A stretch of DNA of 64,000 bases from Antedon mediterranea (taxonomy: Eukaryota; Animalia; Echinodermata), in the NCBI RefSeq assembly GCF_964355755.1, contig NC_092674.1:24738001-24802000 (forward strand), written 5' to 3'. The notes under the pieces are model-generated. The model made no database searches and was not told where the DNA came from. It was given only the letters and a program-made list of their open reading frames with translations. Below are positions 12,601-30,427 of the stretch, piece after piece. Position 1 is the stretch's first letter. Every line of letters starts with the position of its first letter. The translations under genes and the position numbers were made by a program.

Positions 12601-15569
12601 AATATAAAATTAATATAGGGCGCTATTAGTTTTAAACGAACTGAACAATAGAATATCCCAAAAGCTGATTAGAGTTTCTTTAATTAATTAGTATTTCGAT
12701 AATTTCTTTCCGTTTGTATGCTAATATTTAGTATATTTACTTAGCATAGCATAGTTTACTTTAAACCATTTGATCTGTTTGCACTGCAGGCTTCTTAACA
12801 CATTTTAAAGAATAAATAAGCGATTTTAAAAAGCCGGACCAGTTTTTGGATTTGGCCCAGCAGAGGCCCGAGCCTAGGCTAGCCGGACCTGTTTTAGCGG
12901 CTGTTTACTTTACTTGTTTACTTGTTTCCCGTACACTTTCGTCTACGGGATCGAGGCGAAGCACTCAGTGCTTAAAAAGCCCCTCTTAGCAATAAAATCA
13001 TATTCTATATAGCCTAGGCCGTAGCCTAGGGTGAAAACTTCAGCGGGTGGTTTCAACGGCAAAATCATCCGACCGGATCAGTTTTGGCGGGTGTCACGAA
13101 ACCTAAGACCACGAAAGCTAAGACCCCCTAAGACCTAAGATCACGAAAGCTAAGACCCAACACCTAAGATTACAAATACTAAGATATACTACAGCTTAAA
13201 AACGGGTGTCACGAAAGCTCAGACCACGAAAGCTCAGACCCCCTAAGACCTAAGATCACGAAAGCTAAGACCCAACACCTAAGATTACAAATACTAAGAT
13301 ATACTACAGATTAAAAACAATACTTGTTTATCCATACATAATTTTAAACACAGTAGGTTTCATTTATTACCATAAATATAATTTAATACTACCGCAAAAC
13401 ATAGATAAACTCACATTATTTTCGCCCGTTGAGTAAATGTATATTTTTTCTTTACAACAAACAAACTTGACGGGTTGTTTGTTGGTATATATTTACTCCA
13501 TTGTGTTGGTTCAGAGGATGTTTTTCTTACGCACCTGCCTTTCTTGTATTTTGACTCCAAATTTGTTGACTAACTTTATCCTGAACACCACACTTTAAAA
13601 TTAGGACTTATAAGTACTTTCAGAAGGAGAAACACATAATAACAAATAAATAAATCCTTTAAATTGATGATTTTACATATGTGTTTCTTTGTATACTGTA
13701 ATGTAACTCCTCGAGCTCCCACCATGCTCAATGTTTTTGTTTCCATGGAGCGCCAAAAGAGCAACAATAATAGTACAAGCATAAAAACAGAAAGAAAACG
13801 AAACAAAAAAACTTATCATGATTTTTAAATTAAAATTTATTTGCCAGTATTTATTTCTTCGTACTTGCATGATTATACTATTATCATTACAATTTTAATT
13901 TTACATTGTTCCATCCACACTGTAGATGGACTCCACAGAGTTTTCAGCCCTCTATATAATTTTTGCTCTTTTGACGTTCCATAGAAACAAAAACATTGAA
14001 CATGGGGTAGGCCTACTGTAGTACTGTAGGCTAGTCATTTTGTGTGCGAGAAAAACGTCTGTAAAATCATCAATTTAAAAATGTATTTGTTACTTTTTAT
14101 GTGATTCTTTTTCATGAAAGTGCCAATTCTAAGGTGTGGTATTCAGAATAAATGTTGGGAGTTAAAATACAAGGCAGGTGCGAAAGATAAATATTTGTAA
14201 TCTTAGGTGTTGGGTCTTAGCTTTCGTGATCTTAGTTAGGTCTTAGGGGGTCTGAGCTTTCGTGGTCTGAGCTTTCGTGACACCCGCTTAAAAACAATAC
14301 TTGTTTATCCATACATAATTTTAAACACAGTAGGTTTAATTTATTACCATAAATATAATTTAATACTACCGCAAAACATAAACTCACATTATTTTCGCCC
14401 GTTGAGTAAATGTATATTTTTTCTTTACAACAAACAAACTTGACGGGTTGTTTGTTGGTATATATTTACTCCATTGTGTTGGTTCAGAGGATGTTTTTCT
14501 TACGCACCTGCCTTTCTTGTATTTTGACTCCAAATTTGTTGACTAACTTTATCCTGAACACCACACTTTAAAATTAGAACTTATAAGTACTTTCAGAAGG
14601 AGAAACACATAATAACAAATAAATAAATCCTTTAAATTGATGATTTTACATATGTGTTTCTTTGTATACTGTAATGTAACTCCTCGAGCTCCATGCTCAA
14701 TGTTTTTGTTTCTATGGAGCGCCAAAAGAGCAACAATAATAGTACAAGTATAAAAACAGAAAGAAAACGAAACAAAAAAACTTATCATGATTTTTAAATT
14801 AAAATTTATTTGCCAGTATTTATTTCTTCGTACTTGCATGATTATACTATTATCATTACAATTTTAATTTTACATTGTTCCATCCACACTGTAGATGGAC
14901 TCCACAGAGTTTTCAGCCCTCTATATAATGTTTGCTCTTTTGACGTTCCATAGAAACAAAAACATTGAACATGGGGTAGGCCTACTGTACTGGGTCCACC
15001 CTGTACTGTAGGCTAGTCATTTTGTGTGCGAGAAAAACGTCTGTAAAATCATCAATTTAAAAATGTATTTGTTACTTTAGTGCCAATTCTAAGGTGTGGT
15101 ATTCAGAATAAATGTTTGGAGTTAAAATACAAGGCAGGTGCGAAAGATAAATATTTGTAATCTTAGTGTTGGGTCTTAGCTTTCGTGATCTTAGGTCTTA
15201 GGGGGTCTTAGCTTTCGTGGTCTTATTAGGTTTCGTGACACCCCAGTTTTGGCGCTTGATTACGACCAAAATCGATCCGGCTGGACCAATTTTGGCGTGA
15301 CAGGCCTACCTAGGCTAGGCCTACCTAGGCTAGGCCTATAGGCCTAGTAGTAGTAGGGGCCTAGCCTAGGCCTAGATAGGCAGGCCTGGTAGCCTCTAGC
15401 CGGCCTAGGGCCTATCCTACTACTAGCCTAGGCCTAGTAGGCCTAGTAGGGTCTAGCTAGGCCAAGCCTAAAACAATGAATATATCATTCATTTTAACTT
15501 TAATCATACTCACATATAACAATTTGTTGAAGATTGTTGAGAGATTCTCAAAACACGCAAACAATTCAT
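627..15569 (-). CDS. PARL: Presenilin-associated rhomboid-like mitochondrial protease (8 coding exons in window; last exon lies left of position 1)
   Basis: Exons 15514-15569, 6280-6484, 5460-5588, 4900-5044, 3950-4099, 2695-2765, 1472-1573 and 627-724 are all GT-AG and in phase. The translation contains [26 protein letters not shown], the catalytic SLGA|SGA and [10 protein letters not shown]. The N-terminus [14 protein letters not shown] resembles a mitochondrial presequence. Exon 1 is the least certain. Confidence 0.95.
1627..2512. mobile_element. Tc1/mariner (pogo/Tigger-like) non-autonomous element
   Basis: Perfect TIR CCGTATTTTCCGGAGTATAGGTCGA, TA duplication on both sides, and subterminal GGGGTCGACTTATA repeats. 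Confidence 0.88.
2930..3880. repeat. 22-23 bp minisatellite (AGTGACCCCTGGATAACATCTTA) split by a transposon
   Basis: Tandem units at about 2930-3120 and 3748-3880. Confidence 0.9.
3121..3747. mobile_element. Kolobok-like non-autonomous DNA transposon
   Basis: TIR AGACACCTTCCCTAC...GTAGGGAAGGTGTCT with TTAA duplication (3117-3120 and 3748-3751). A diverged partial copy lies at about 44403-44740. Confidence 0.8.
5923..6126. mobile_element. Degenerate Harbinger-like MITE
   Basis: Imperfect inverted ends TTCACACCTGTTCC / GGAACAAGTGTGAA. Confidence 0.45.
7425..8831 (+). CDS. LINE reverse transcriptase, N-terminally truncated (start not real)
   Basis: 468-codon open frame carrying the non-LTR RT motifs. 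Confidence 0.8.
   Translation: MFCNFTYCVLTVNIIPIHKSGDYSDVSNYRPISLCSTIGKLLERVVGQKLLSFLEENTLLSEKQHGLLRGRSCTTLLTDVITDWSKILDERSPPHIDAIFLDWRKAFDKISHKILLSKLHNFGICDSMLDWFKSYLSCRSQRVTFRGSTSENILVKSGVPQGSVIGPILFNLFVSDLPSCIESQIQLYADDTLIYRAIRNKNKDKDNHNDNDEMSLQSDLHAINNWCVTNKMLLNTDKCFVMHITRSNSRLEQACDYFIGDDRLPVTNSIKYLGIHLNRKLTWADHVQYVKSKSNRMFGFVRRIVKCRDKAIILRLYISLVRPYIDYGLPAWIPFLKKDIAALEAVQRRVTRTCFPRSASLPYPERLKRLNLMSINNRIRYLCINFVTKCMYKLYDVNVFKYLSINCRHVNNLKLRNNFIARTDLFHNSVFNFFVRHFRDLPADLCDQLLININCFKHSLKKYFNNLF
7455..9114 (+). mobile_element. 5'-truncated non-LTR retrotransposon (CR1/L2-group LINE) with an open RT frame
   Basis: The ORF ending at 8831 has [31 protein letters not shown] and YLG. No endonuclease domain is present. 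The 3' UTR ends in AATAAA plus (TGATA)5 at 9090-9114. Confidence 0.92.
9616..9955. mobile_element. Kolobok-like MITE family W
   Basis: TIR AGATGTATTGTC...GACAATACATCT with TTAA duplication. Related pieces at about 9960-10085, 23600-23800, 43830-44075 and 54830-55168. Confidence 0.78.
10710..11450 (-). pseudogene. OTU-like cysteine protease domain of the transposon ORF, disrupted
   Basis: GNCLFRALS (Cys motif), DGTWGSEL and [13 protein letters not shown] (His motif). ORFs 11103-11450 and 10710-11063 are in the same frame, separated by one TAG at 11103-11105. Confidence 0.8.
11686..11923 (-). pseudogene. Ginger/Gypsy-type integrase C-terminal GPY/F module remnant
   Basis: Manual translation [56 protein letters not shown]...[10 protein letters not shown], with one in-frame stop. 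Not present in the ORF track. Confidence 0.85.
13089..15243. mobile_element. Mutator-like non-autonomous element, outer copy A
   Basis: TIR GGGTGTCACGAAA... of about 90 bp. 10-bp duplication CAGTTTTGGC at 13079-13088 and 15244-15253. Confidence 0.85.
13204..14285. mobile_element. Mutator-like non-autonomous element, inner copy B of the same family
   Basis: Has its own complete TIR pair. 10-bp duplication GCTTAAAAAC at 13194-13203 and 14286-14295. Body nearly identical to 14296-15243. Confidence 0.88.
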
Positions 15570-17825
15570 ATTTCGTGGTTTATTAATAACATTATAAATG
15601 GTAATTTAGAAAGGTTGTTTGCACTGTGCGTGTGAATGTGAATCTTTTTCTCAATGACAAAACTTACTATGGCGAGGAAATATCGTCAAAATAATTTTCG
15701 TTCGTGAAAAATGGATGTTATATTATTTTTTGCTTCTATTAACATAGAAAGAACTCCCAAGACTATTTTAACCTTGCAAATATTCTCAAACATATATTTT
15801 CATGCCTGCCATCATAATGAATTCAGAAAATGTGTTAAAATAAGATTGATTCTGCTAAGAACTTTGATTTAATAACAGAAAAACCCAACAGAACATTTAA
15901 CGTTTTCAGCACATGCTGGTCTGTGCCCCTTTAATATTTGTATCTTTACAATGAATAATACCAGTCAACAATAAACATCTTAAAGGGATGGGGACTAGGT
16001 TTTTCATACAACTTAATACGCTATTACAAACACATTACAGTCATTGTTTCTTTAAAAAAAACAAAAATATATCAACATTGACAATAAAAAACATTAACAG
16101 CGACGGAAATAATTACACAACAGCTTTAACAATAATTACAAAAATATTGTAATATCACCAAAAAACATAAAAAACAACTAAAATATAAAAAATACACCAT
16201 AAAGAAGTATTTTTAGGTAGTATATACACGGAGGATGACCAGAGTATATTACAAATTTTGGCAATAATTGCTGTGTTTACAAAATGGAAATTATTTCTAT
16301 TATATAAAAGTTGCGACGAGTTGAAGAATTTGTAAGGGTGAAGGAACCTAGCAAAACCTATGCTAATATACACATTCATTCTTGCATGTATTGTACTACT
16401 GATTTTTCATTTCAATTGAAATGATAAACAGAGAAATCAACTATGTGCAAACCATCAGTGAGATGTTTCACGCAGTCTTGGTGTTCGGTACTGAGCTAGT
16501 TATTAAAAGTCTAAGTCTAATAGTAGTAACATGAATACTATTACAGTAGCCCAGCATATTCCACCATATAGTAGAACACTTAGTTTTTGGTACACCCCCT
16601 TTCAGTGGAAACCCCTATTAATGGGACACATTCACATGAAATAAAGGGGCAATATGTTTCAATACTATAGCCAGCCCCTATTCAGGGGACACCTTCAGGA
16701 CCAACCAAAGTGTCACCTTGATCAGTCAGTCTTTTTTGTGTATTACATTATTCAAATTTTAAACAAATTTTCAGGCAGGCTGATTTATAAAAAAAAATTA
16801 TACATTTTATGAGCCGATGGAGACAAAGATGACATCATATTTGTCATAAAAGCTGTTTTTATTAGAAAAATGCTTATACAATCTTAGTGCCAACTATGGT
16901 ACTGCAGATGGAAAAAGCAACAAAACAACAACGGTCCTATTACTGATCTTTAACAGATACTAAATACTGTACAATGAATTAGTGGTCTTTATATAGGGTC
17001 TACAGATGGAAAGAAATATAAACTCACGTGCCAAAGCGAATTTAAATTACAGATTAAAAATGAAAAGGAAAATGAATTCCCAATGTCCCAGCATGGTCTT
17101 TAATTAGGATCTTCAGTAAACAGTCAAGCACAATAGTTATTTAATCATAAAAACAATGACAAAAATGTCTGTGCCTTTTTATTTTAATTTAGGGTGGGTT
17201 TACATTATGCAAATGTAATTGGACCAACATTAATAATTATGAATTGCAAAATTTCGAAACAATCTCAAATATTTAATTTATTCATCTGGTAATTGCTTGT
17301 TATTTATACATTCAAAAATTGTTTTTTTATGTTAATAAATAAATAATAATCAATTGAATAGGATGATTTTACAATATAAAACAATTAATATTTATAATTA
17401 TTATTCAATAATCAATTAGTGACAATTAATAGTCATTTGTGAAGTAATTCATCTTATTAATTATAGATTTATGAATAATTAATGTTTAATCAATATTCAT
17501 GATGATACATTATATAATTTTTACATAATTAGGTTACAATAGGCACTTTGATGGTGAAAATATGGGGATTTTTTATTGTACAATAAAACCATATTCAATA
17601 CACCACTCTTGTTAACAAAATTGGTGTTGTGTCCACTAGCTAGACAACCCAACATGTGGTGTAGCTAGTAAGCATGCAGACGTCTCTTGCATTCTATGGG
17701 ATTAATGGTCTAGGTGCAACAACATAGTACAATCCCTATAACATACTTTTACATTGTAGTAAAATAATTTAATATACTGTTAAACTTGAGCATATGAGTA
17801 TTCCATTCTGAAATAGACTCCTTTA

Positions 17826-17953
17826 CAGGCCTTGTCTTTTAAGGTGAGCGAGTGCGATCACTCACCCAACACACACCTAAACTGCCCTTGAGAATTGTGA
17901 TTTACAACACACTTAAATTTGGCAAACTTCTACACACCAAAATACAAACAGCA
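17826..17953. repeat. Dispersed repeat of about 130 bp
   Basis: Inverted copy at about 51232-51360, with fragments near 24200-24245 and 39350-39420. Confidence 0.7.
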
Positions 17954-19009
17954 TCCCTGAATGTATTGAGTGCAATTTATAGCACACCTATAATTTTCAA
18001 AAGACAGGGCCTGCCTTGACCCATTGGAATAATCCTCCGAGCTGAATTTCCTTTAACTGTTGCCAGTATGAGTCATTTATGAATATAATATCCAAAATTA
18101 TAATAAATCAGTGTTTTGATGGGGACACCTTTTGAAACAAGTCTTTGGGCATAAAGGGTTATCCCATGCTTAATTTTTCAAGTTTATTGTTGTTATTATT
18201 CTATGTATTTATATTCATTCAAATTTTTTATGCTGTCAAATTGTACTGTTCCATGAAAGGAATAAATATTACTTAAGTTTTCATAAGCATAATGTCCAAA
18301 TAAAAGATTGAGTGGGTACAAAACAATTTTTGTAAGCTTTTATCCACACATGTACAGTATTCTAGATATACAGCTGAGCAAGTATTATACATAGATGCAG
18401 TTTTAAAAGTATGTTACAAAACAATAAAAAGATCAAACTGAATCAATGTTAAGTTACCCTTGAATAATTGACAAAGTTTTCCCTTCAAAATTGTTCTTGC
18501 TAAATCACTAGATGAATTCATTTAGTGAGTTACATCCAACATTACTGTTAACTAAATGTGTAAAGCTCTGTCTACACTATCAAACAAGTTTGACAAAAAA
18601 AGTATAATGTGCCCAAATATGGTAGTAATATGACAATATGGTCAAATACGGTAGTGGTATGACATCATCATGTCCATATATGGGCACATCACATTTTTTT
18701 GTCACAAAGTTTGATAGTGTAGACAGAGCTTAAAAGCTGTATTGAAGATCAGTTGCCTTTAACTTCTCCAGTTATGGTTTATCCCTATCCTAAAGTACAT
18801 ACTCATTATGTACCTCTCATCACAGTACAGATGTTAATAGTAATACCACTACGTCAGCTTGGCAGGCAGTACCAATGCAAGATCCATCCTCTTGTTATGC
18901 ATTGAGGGCGCTGTACTATAGCATATCAAGACAGCTGAAGAATGCTGTATTCTTTCTTAGATCTTGTTTATTTGCGATTGATTTACAGGGTTATAAACTA
19001 TAAAGATTG

Positions 19010-26131
<7,122 letters not shown>

Positions 26132-28125
26132 GACTGCTGAAGTCTAGACTTCTGGCAGTCTACCTTACCTGGAAAGAAAATAATACAATGTACACAATTT
26201 GCCTAATTTTAGAAATAATTTTCACCAGACAACCTACAGTAATAACAATGTTTTTGACATATGCAAGATGCTGCAATCGCAACCATGGCTACTGTACTAA
26301 AGTTCAACGCAATGCAGGTGCAGAAATCCACAACGCAGATCTCCCTCACTTTTCAACAGCAAAATCATTAAATTATTGAAATGAAATAGGCCTAGACTTC
26401 TATGACACGCATGCATGCCATCCATGATGTACAGTACCTATCGTATGCAATTTAAGAACAGTAGAATAGATTTTGCTTGAATATGAACTAGTGGTGGTGC
26501 ATCAGAGGACCAGAGTGCCTAAAAAGTGCGTAACCTAAAATAATTGTATTCTTCCAGGATGCTGATCTTTGGATCCACCTGTGATGTGTGTGTGTGGTAA
26601 ACTTTCTGTGTTTCGGAATGCTTAACATTTCATTGTATTGATGATCCCTATTTAGCCAATATCGTGGACTGCAAGATTTTGAAATGTTTTATGTGCTCAG
26701 AAATCGATTGAAACGACCTATAAATTACTCAAATATCCGGGCTTCCAGGGGCCTTCGCCCCGCTATGTCCTAGCTAGCCTATAGCCTTACTTAGCCTGGC
26801 TCATAAAATCGTCATTATTTATTTTAAAATATAGGCTAGGCCTAGGCCCTAGCCTAACCTAGCTAGGCCTACGCAAAGATTTTGCCACACGCACAGTCTG
26901 GCCTAACCTGCTTATTACCTTTTTGAAAAATTACATGAATCAACCTCGTTGCGATAGGTAGTCCAGCAAAGTTTCCTCAACAAAAAGACTGTCGATCTAG
27001 GCTAGCTAGGCCTTCTGGGGCAGAGTGTTATTCAGACCTTCAATTTATCGCGGCGGGCTTTTCTGTGGTCTAAATGCACGTTCGAAGATCAATTGTCTTG
27101 CATCGATGAAGAGATGTTTCCGACCCAATACAATTATAATTCCTCGATCCAACTGGTTTTTCAATGGATCTCGCTAAAAATGTATCAGCAAAACCTTGGA
27201 TAATTTACAAATCGATTGCAATGATACTCCACTTGTGAATTTTGAGTTAAAACAAAGTTACAGCCCGTTTATTGATGCAATTTGTTTCTGATTCGAGACG
27301 GTTTCAAAGCGTTCACTCAGCCTTGTTCATAGGAGCAAAATGGCGAGAATATGAACACGGCGTGGATCCGATATAATATATTCAAAATGGCTCTATTGGA
27401 TTAGCCGCCAAAAACAAGCAGTAAAATCTTTTTCCCGTCCCTTTGGTATGTTTTTTCAGTATTAATTATTTATTATCTTCTTGTCAGCCTACGTTTTTGT
27501 ATGTTGTAACCGTCATAAGAAATCTTGTAAATATTTTTTTTTAAACCTCATAAATGTTTCCAGCAAAATTGTGGTTTTCAAAAAAAATGTTAACATTTTC
27601 TGCGATAAAATTCCTATTAGGCCTCCTATAACAAAACTATAATTCTCTTATCTTCTTAACGTTTTCCGTCTTCCGACATTACGCTTTCCACAATTTATTT
27701 CCATTTTTGTCTGTTTATGACAGGATGGTTTGTTATTGTGATGTCTTGTAAGTCTTTCTTTATTTGGTTCATCCAGTTATTTCTAAATTATTATTATTTT
27801 TTCATGATAAAAAAACCCCAAACGATCTGTTTGTGATAATGTTCTAAAAGTTAGTCTACTATCGAAGGATCCGATATTTAGGTCTAATAACTGCTCACCG
27901 CTCGCTCAATTAATACGCAACCATGAAACAATAGTCCATATAGTTTCCAAGCGTTATTTTTGTGTAGGCCTACTAGTACTAATTATTGACTCTGAACACA
28001 AATTGGATCGAAAAAAACCTATTTTCAGATGTTATTTATTAAGATTCTGTAACTGTATGATATTTTGTAGACAGTCAATTCCAACCATTGATGAACTGTT
28101 AAAAATATGTTTTTATTAAGTAGGC

Positions 28126-30427
28126 CTATTGATCTATTGGTGGTTCTGAATGACAACAGCCACACATTTTCTCCCAAAAGCCAACTTTTGCTCGGGTTTC
28201 TTCAGACATTGTAATCGTCTCGGCTTGTTTCGTTGTTTCTTGCGAGTCCTCTTCGCTATTTAGAACACGATCAAAATAGCCGACTTTCTGAGAAACACTT
28301 GATTCTATATCGTTGTCTTCCTCTTGATAACTTTTAGACGATGATGCACCATGTAGTCGAATCACTTTCTTCGAGCTTGGATTATATTCAAAATTGTTTG
28401 CGTCGGATTCACCCTGCTGCTCTGATTTGAATTTATATAGGTATACAGCCGGGTTGATCTCGTCATCACTCTTCGTAGACCCTAATACTCGAGTGGCATC
28501 TCTGGTAGTATTTTCACTCTCTGTTGTAGACATCATTCGTGTGGTACCTTCACTCTCTGCTGACGACATCATTTGAGTGGTACCTCTGGTGGTGGTATCT
28601 AATTCACTCTCTACTGAAGACATCATTTGAGTTTTACCTCTGTTGGTACCTTCAATCTCTGCTATAGACATCATTTGGGTGGTACATCTGTTGGTATCTT
28701 CACTCTCTGCTGTAGACATATCCATTCGAGTGGTACATCTGGTAGTATTTTCACTCTCTGATTTAGACATCATGTCCATTCGAGTGGTACCTCTGGTAGG
28801 ATATTTACTCTCTGCTGTAGACATCATATCCATTCGAGTAGCTCTGGTAGGATCACTCTTCGTAGACATCCGATTGTTAAGATCTTGTTCCACGCGATCA
28901 TTGGTGCTGTATGAGCTGTAATCCGTTACGTCATATGACGTATTCAGTTTCTGGTGATTGTTATTATTGGTTGTCATATTAGCGTGAATATCATCAAGAT
29001 ATGCTTGACAGACTGTGCACACGTGGTCATAATCCCGTCTACTACTTGAACTTGCAGGATATGCATTCTTAGTGAAAAACCTTTCGTTATCAACAAGTGA
29101 CCCGCCGTCGAACCGTGTTTCCTTTTTCTGTTGGATATCATTCTTCCCAAATTTGACATGTTTATGTTGTCGATCTGGCGAGGCTTGCTGCTGACCAGAC
29201 TGAGGTGGTCTCTTGGTAAACTTTTCTGGTGAGCTATTGCGTTTTTGCGGCGCAGCACCACCAGCACTTGCAACTGTGCCATAAAAAGGAGTGTGCAGTA
29301 ACTCTAACATGTCATTGTCACTGGCATGTATCTCTGCGAAGTCATCAGCTAACTCAAGTCTCTTCGTGGAGTCGAACAAATGCATCATTGCGCCGACTGC
29401 GTCCGATTTGTGCAAGTATTTTGTTAAAGATTGCCGAGCAGTTTTGCGAAGATTAAACGTGTAGTTCGAATCTAATGACACCGGATCTGAAGGGTTCTCA
29501 AATTCTACCTGCTTCTTCGGGACTTCTGTCTTCTTTGATCTATCATGCATCGCTGGCAACTCCGGAAGGACGTCGTCATATTCATCGAACGTATCATCAA
29601 ATTCTTCTTTACTTTCCTCCAGAGGTTCGAATCTCACTCTTTGTTTCTTAGTAGTTCTAGTAGCCTTTGCATCTAATGAAGCGTTAGCCTCATCAATGCT
29701 ATCAATCTGTTGCTGCAAGTAATCTGTCAGGTGAAGCAACGCATTGGCTTTGCCTTTGCAGGTGTATTTCAGAAGGGTCCTAAGTGCCGCACGACGGACG
29801 ACATACAACGAGTTGGTTGCCGTCATGTTATCCGGTCCACCAATATTAGCAAACATGTCAACTTTCGCTAATCTCTCCTCCCTGGCATCAAAATACTGCT
29901 CGCTATCTTTCTCTTGAAGAGCATCGCCAACCGCATTGTTAACTATCATTTTTGCCTTGTAGCGGAGTATTTCGATGTCCTCATATCCTGAGCCACTACT
30001 CCCTTGCGACGTTGAAGCCACACCACCACCTATATGGTTCTTACACTGGCATCCGGGAACAGGAGGAAGGTTGTCCAATAACGATTGTGGTAACGAATGT
30101 TTATCAAAAAGCCGAAGTAAAAATCGTCTGTATATATAAAGAAAGAATACAATTGTCAAAAGGATCTAAGAGAGAGGGGAGGGGGGGGGGGGTATAATAT
30201 CGCTGGCTGGAAGCTGTAGTTCAGAAAGCAAACTAGGCCTAGGCCTAGTAGACCTATTAAACGACTTTCATTACAAATAAATAACCACAATAAAGTTGAG
30301 AACCTGAATACCTTTCTAATCTGAAAGTGATTTCGTCCAAAAGTCGATTTAGTTCAGCATTAGATTGTGACGTCGCGTCTGATGACGTCGAACCGTCTGG
30401 AATAAGAGCTGCGGCTAAGCTCTCCAT
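28126..30427 (-). CDS. Uncharacterised protein of about 705 aa (2 coding exons)
   Basis: Exon 30312-30427 (MESLAAALIPDG...) joins in phase to exon 28126-30127, a 2 kb open frame. The upstream exon ending near 30652 has an in-frame stop, which supports ATG 30427 as the start. No family recognised. Confidence 0.75.
28465..28870 (-). repeat. Coding tandem repeat, about 48 bp / 16 aa (MMSxAESExTxRxTTR)
   Basis: About 8-9 degenerate frame-preserving units within the large exon. Confidence 0.85.

Larger units (their letters stand above)
6780..15302 (-). mobile_element. Decayed Ginger1-type DNA transposon with nested insertions, in PARL intron 1
   Basis: TGT...ACA termini and 4-bp duplication GGCC (6776-6779 and 15303-15306). 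Imperfect TIRs of about 230 bp: 6780-7015 versus 12690-13088 plus 15254-15302. Internal GPY/F integrase tail and OTU domain remnants. Confidence 0.85.

Noticed and set aside
13576-14839. Duplicated short hydrophobic ORFs as small membrane or secreted proteins
   Set aside because: They lie within the two copies of an AT-rich non-autonomous element, and an indel changes the frame between copies.
28394-30197. Plus-strand ORFs overlapping the orphan gene (likewise 55614-55919 and 62489-62686 over MPEG1)
   Set aside because: Antisense shadows of real coding exons with no independent support.
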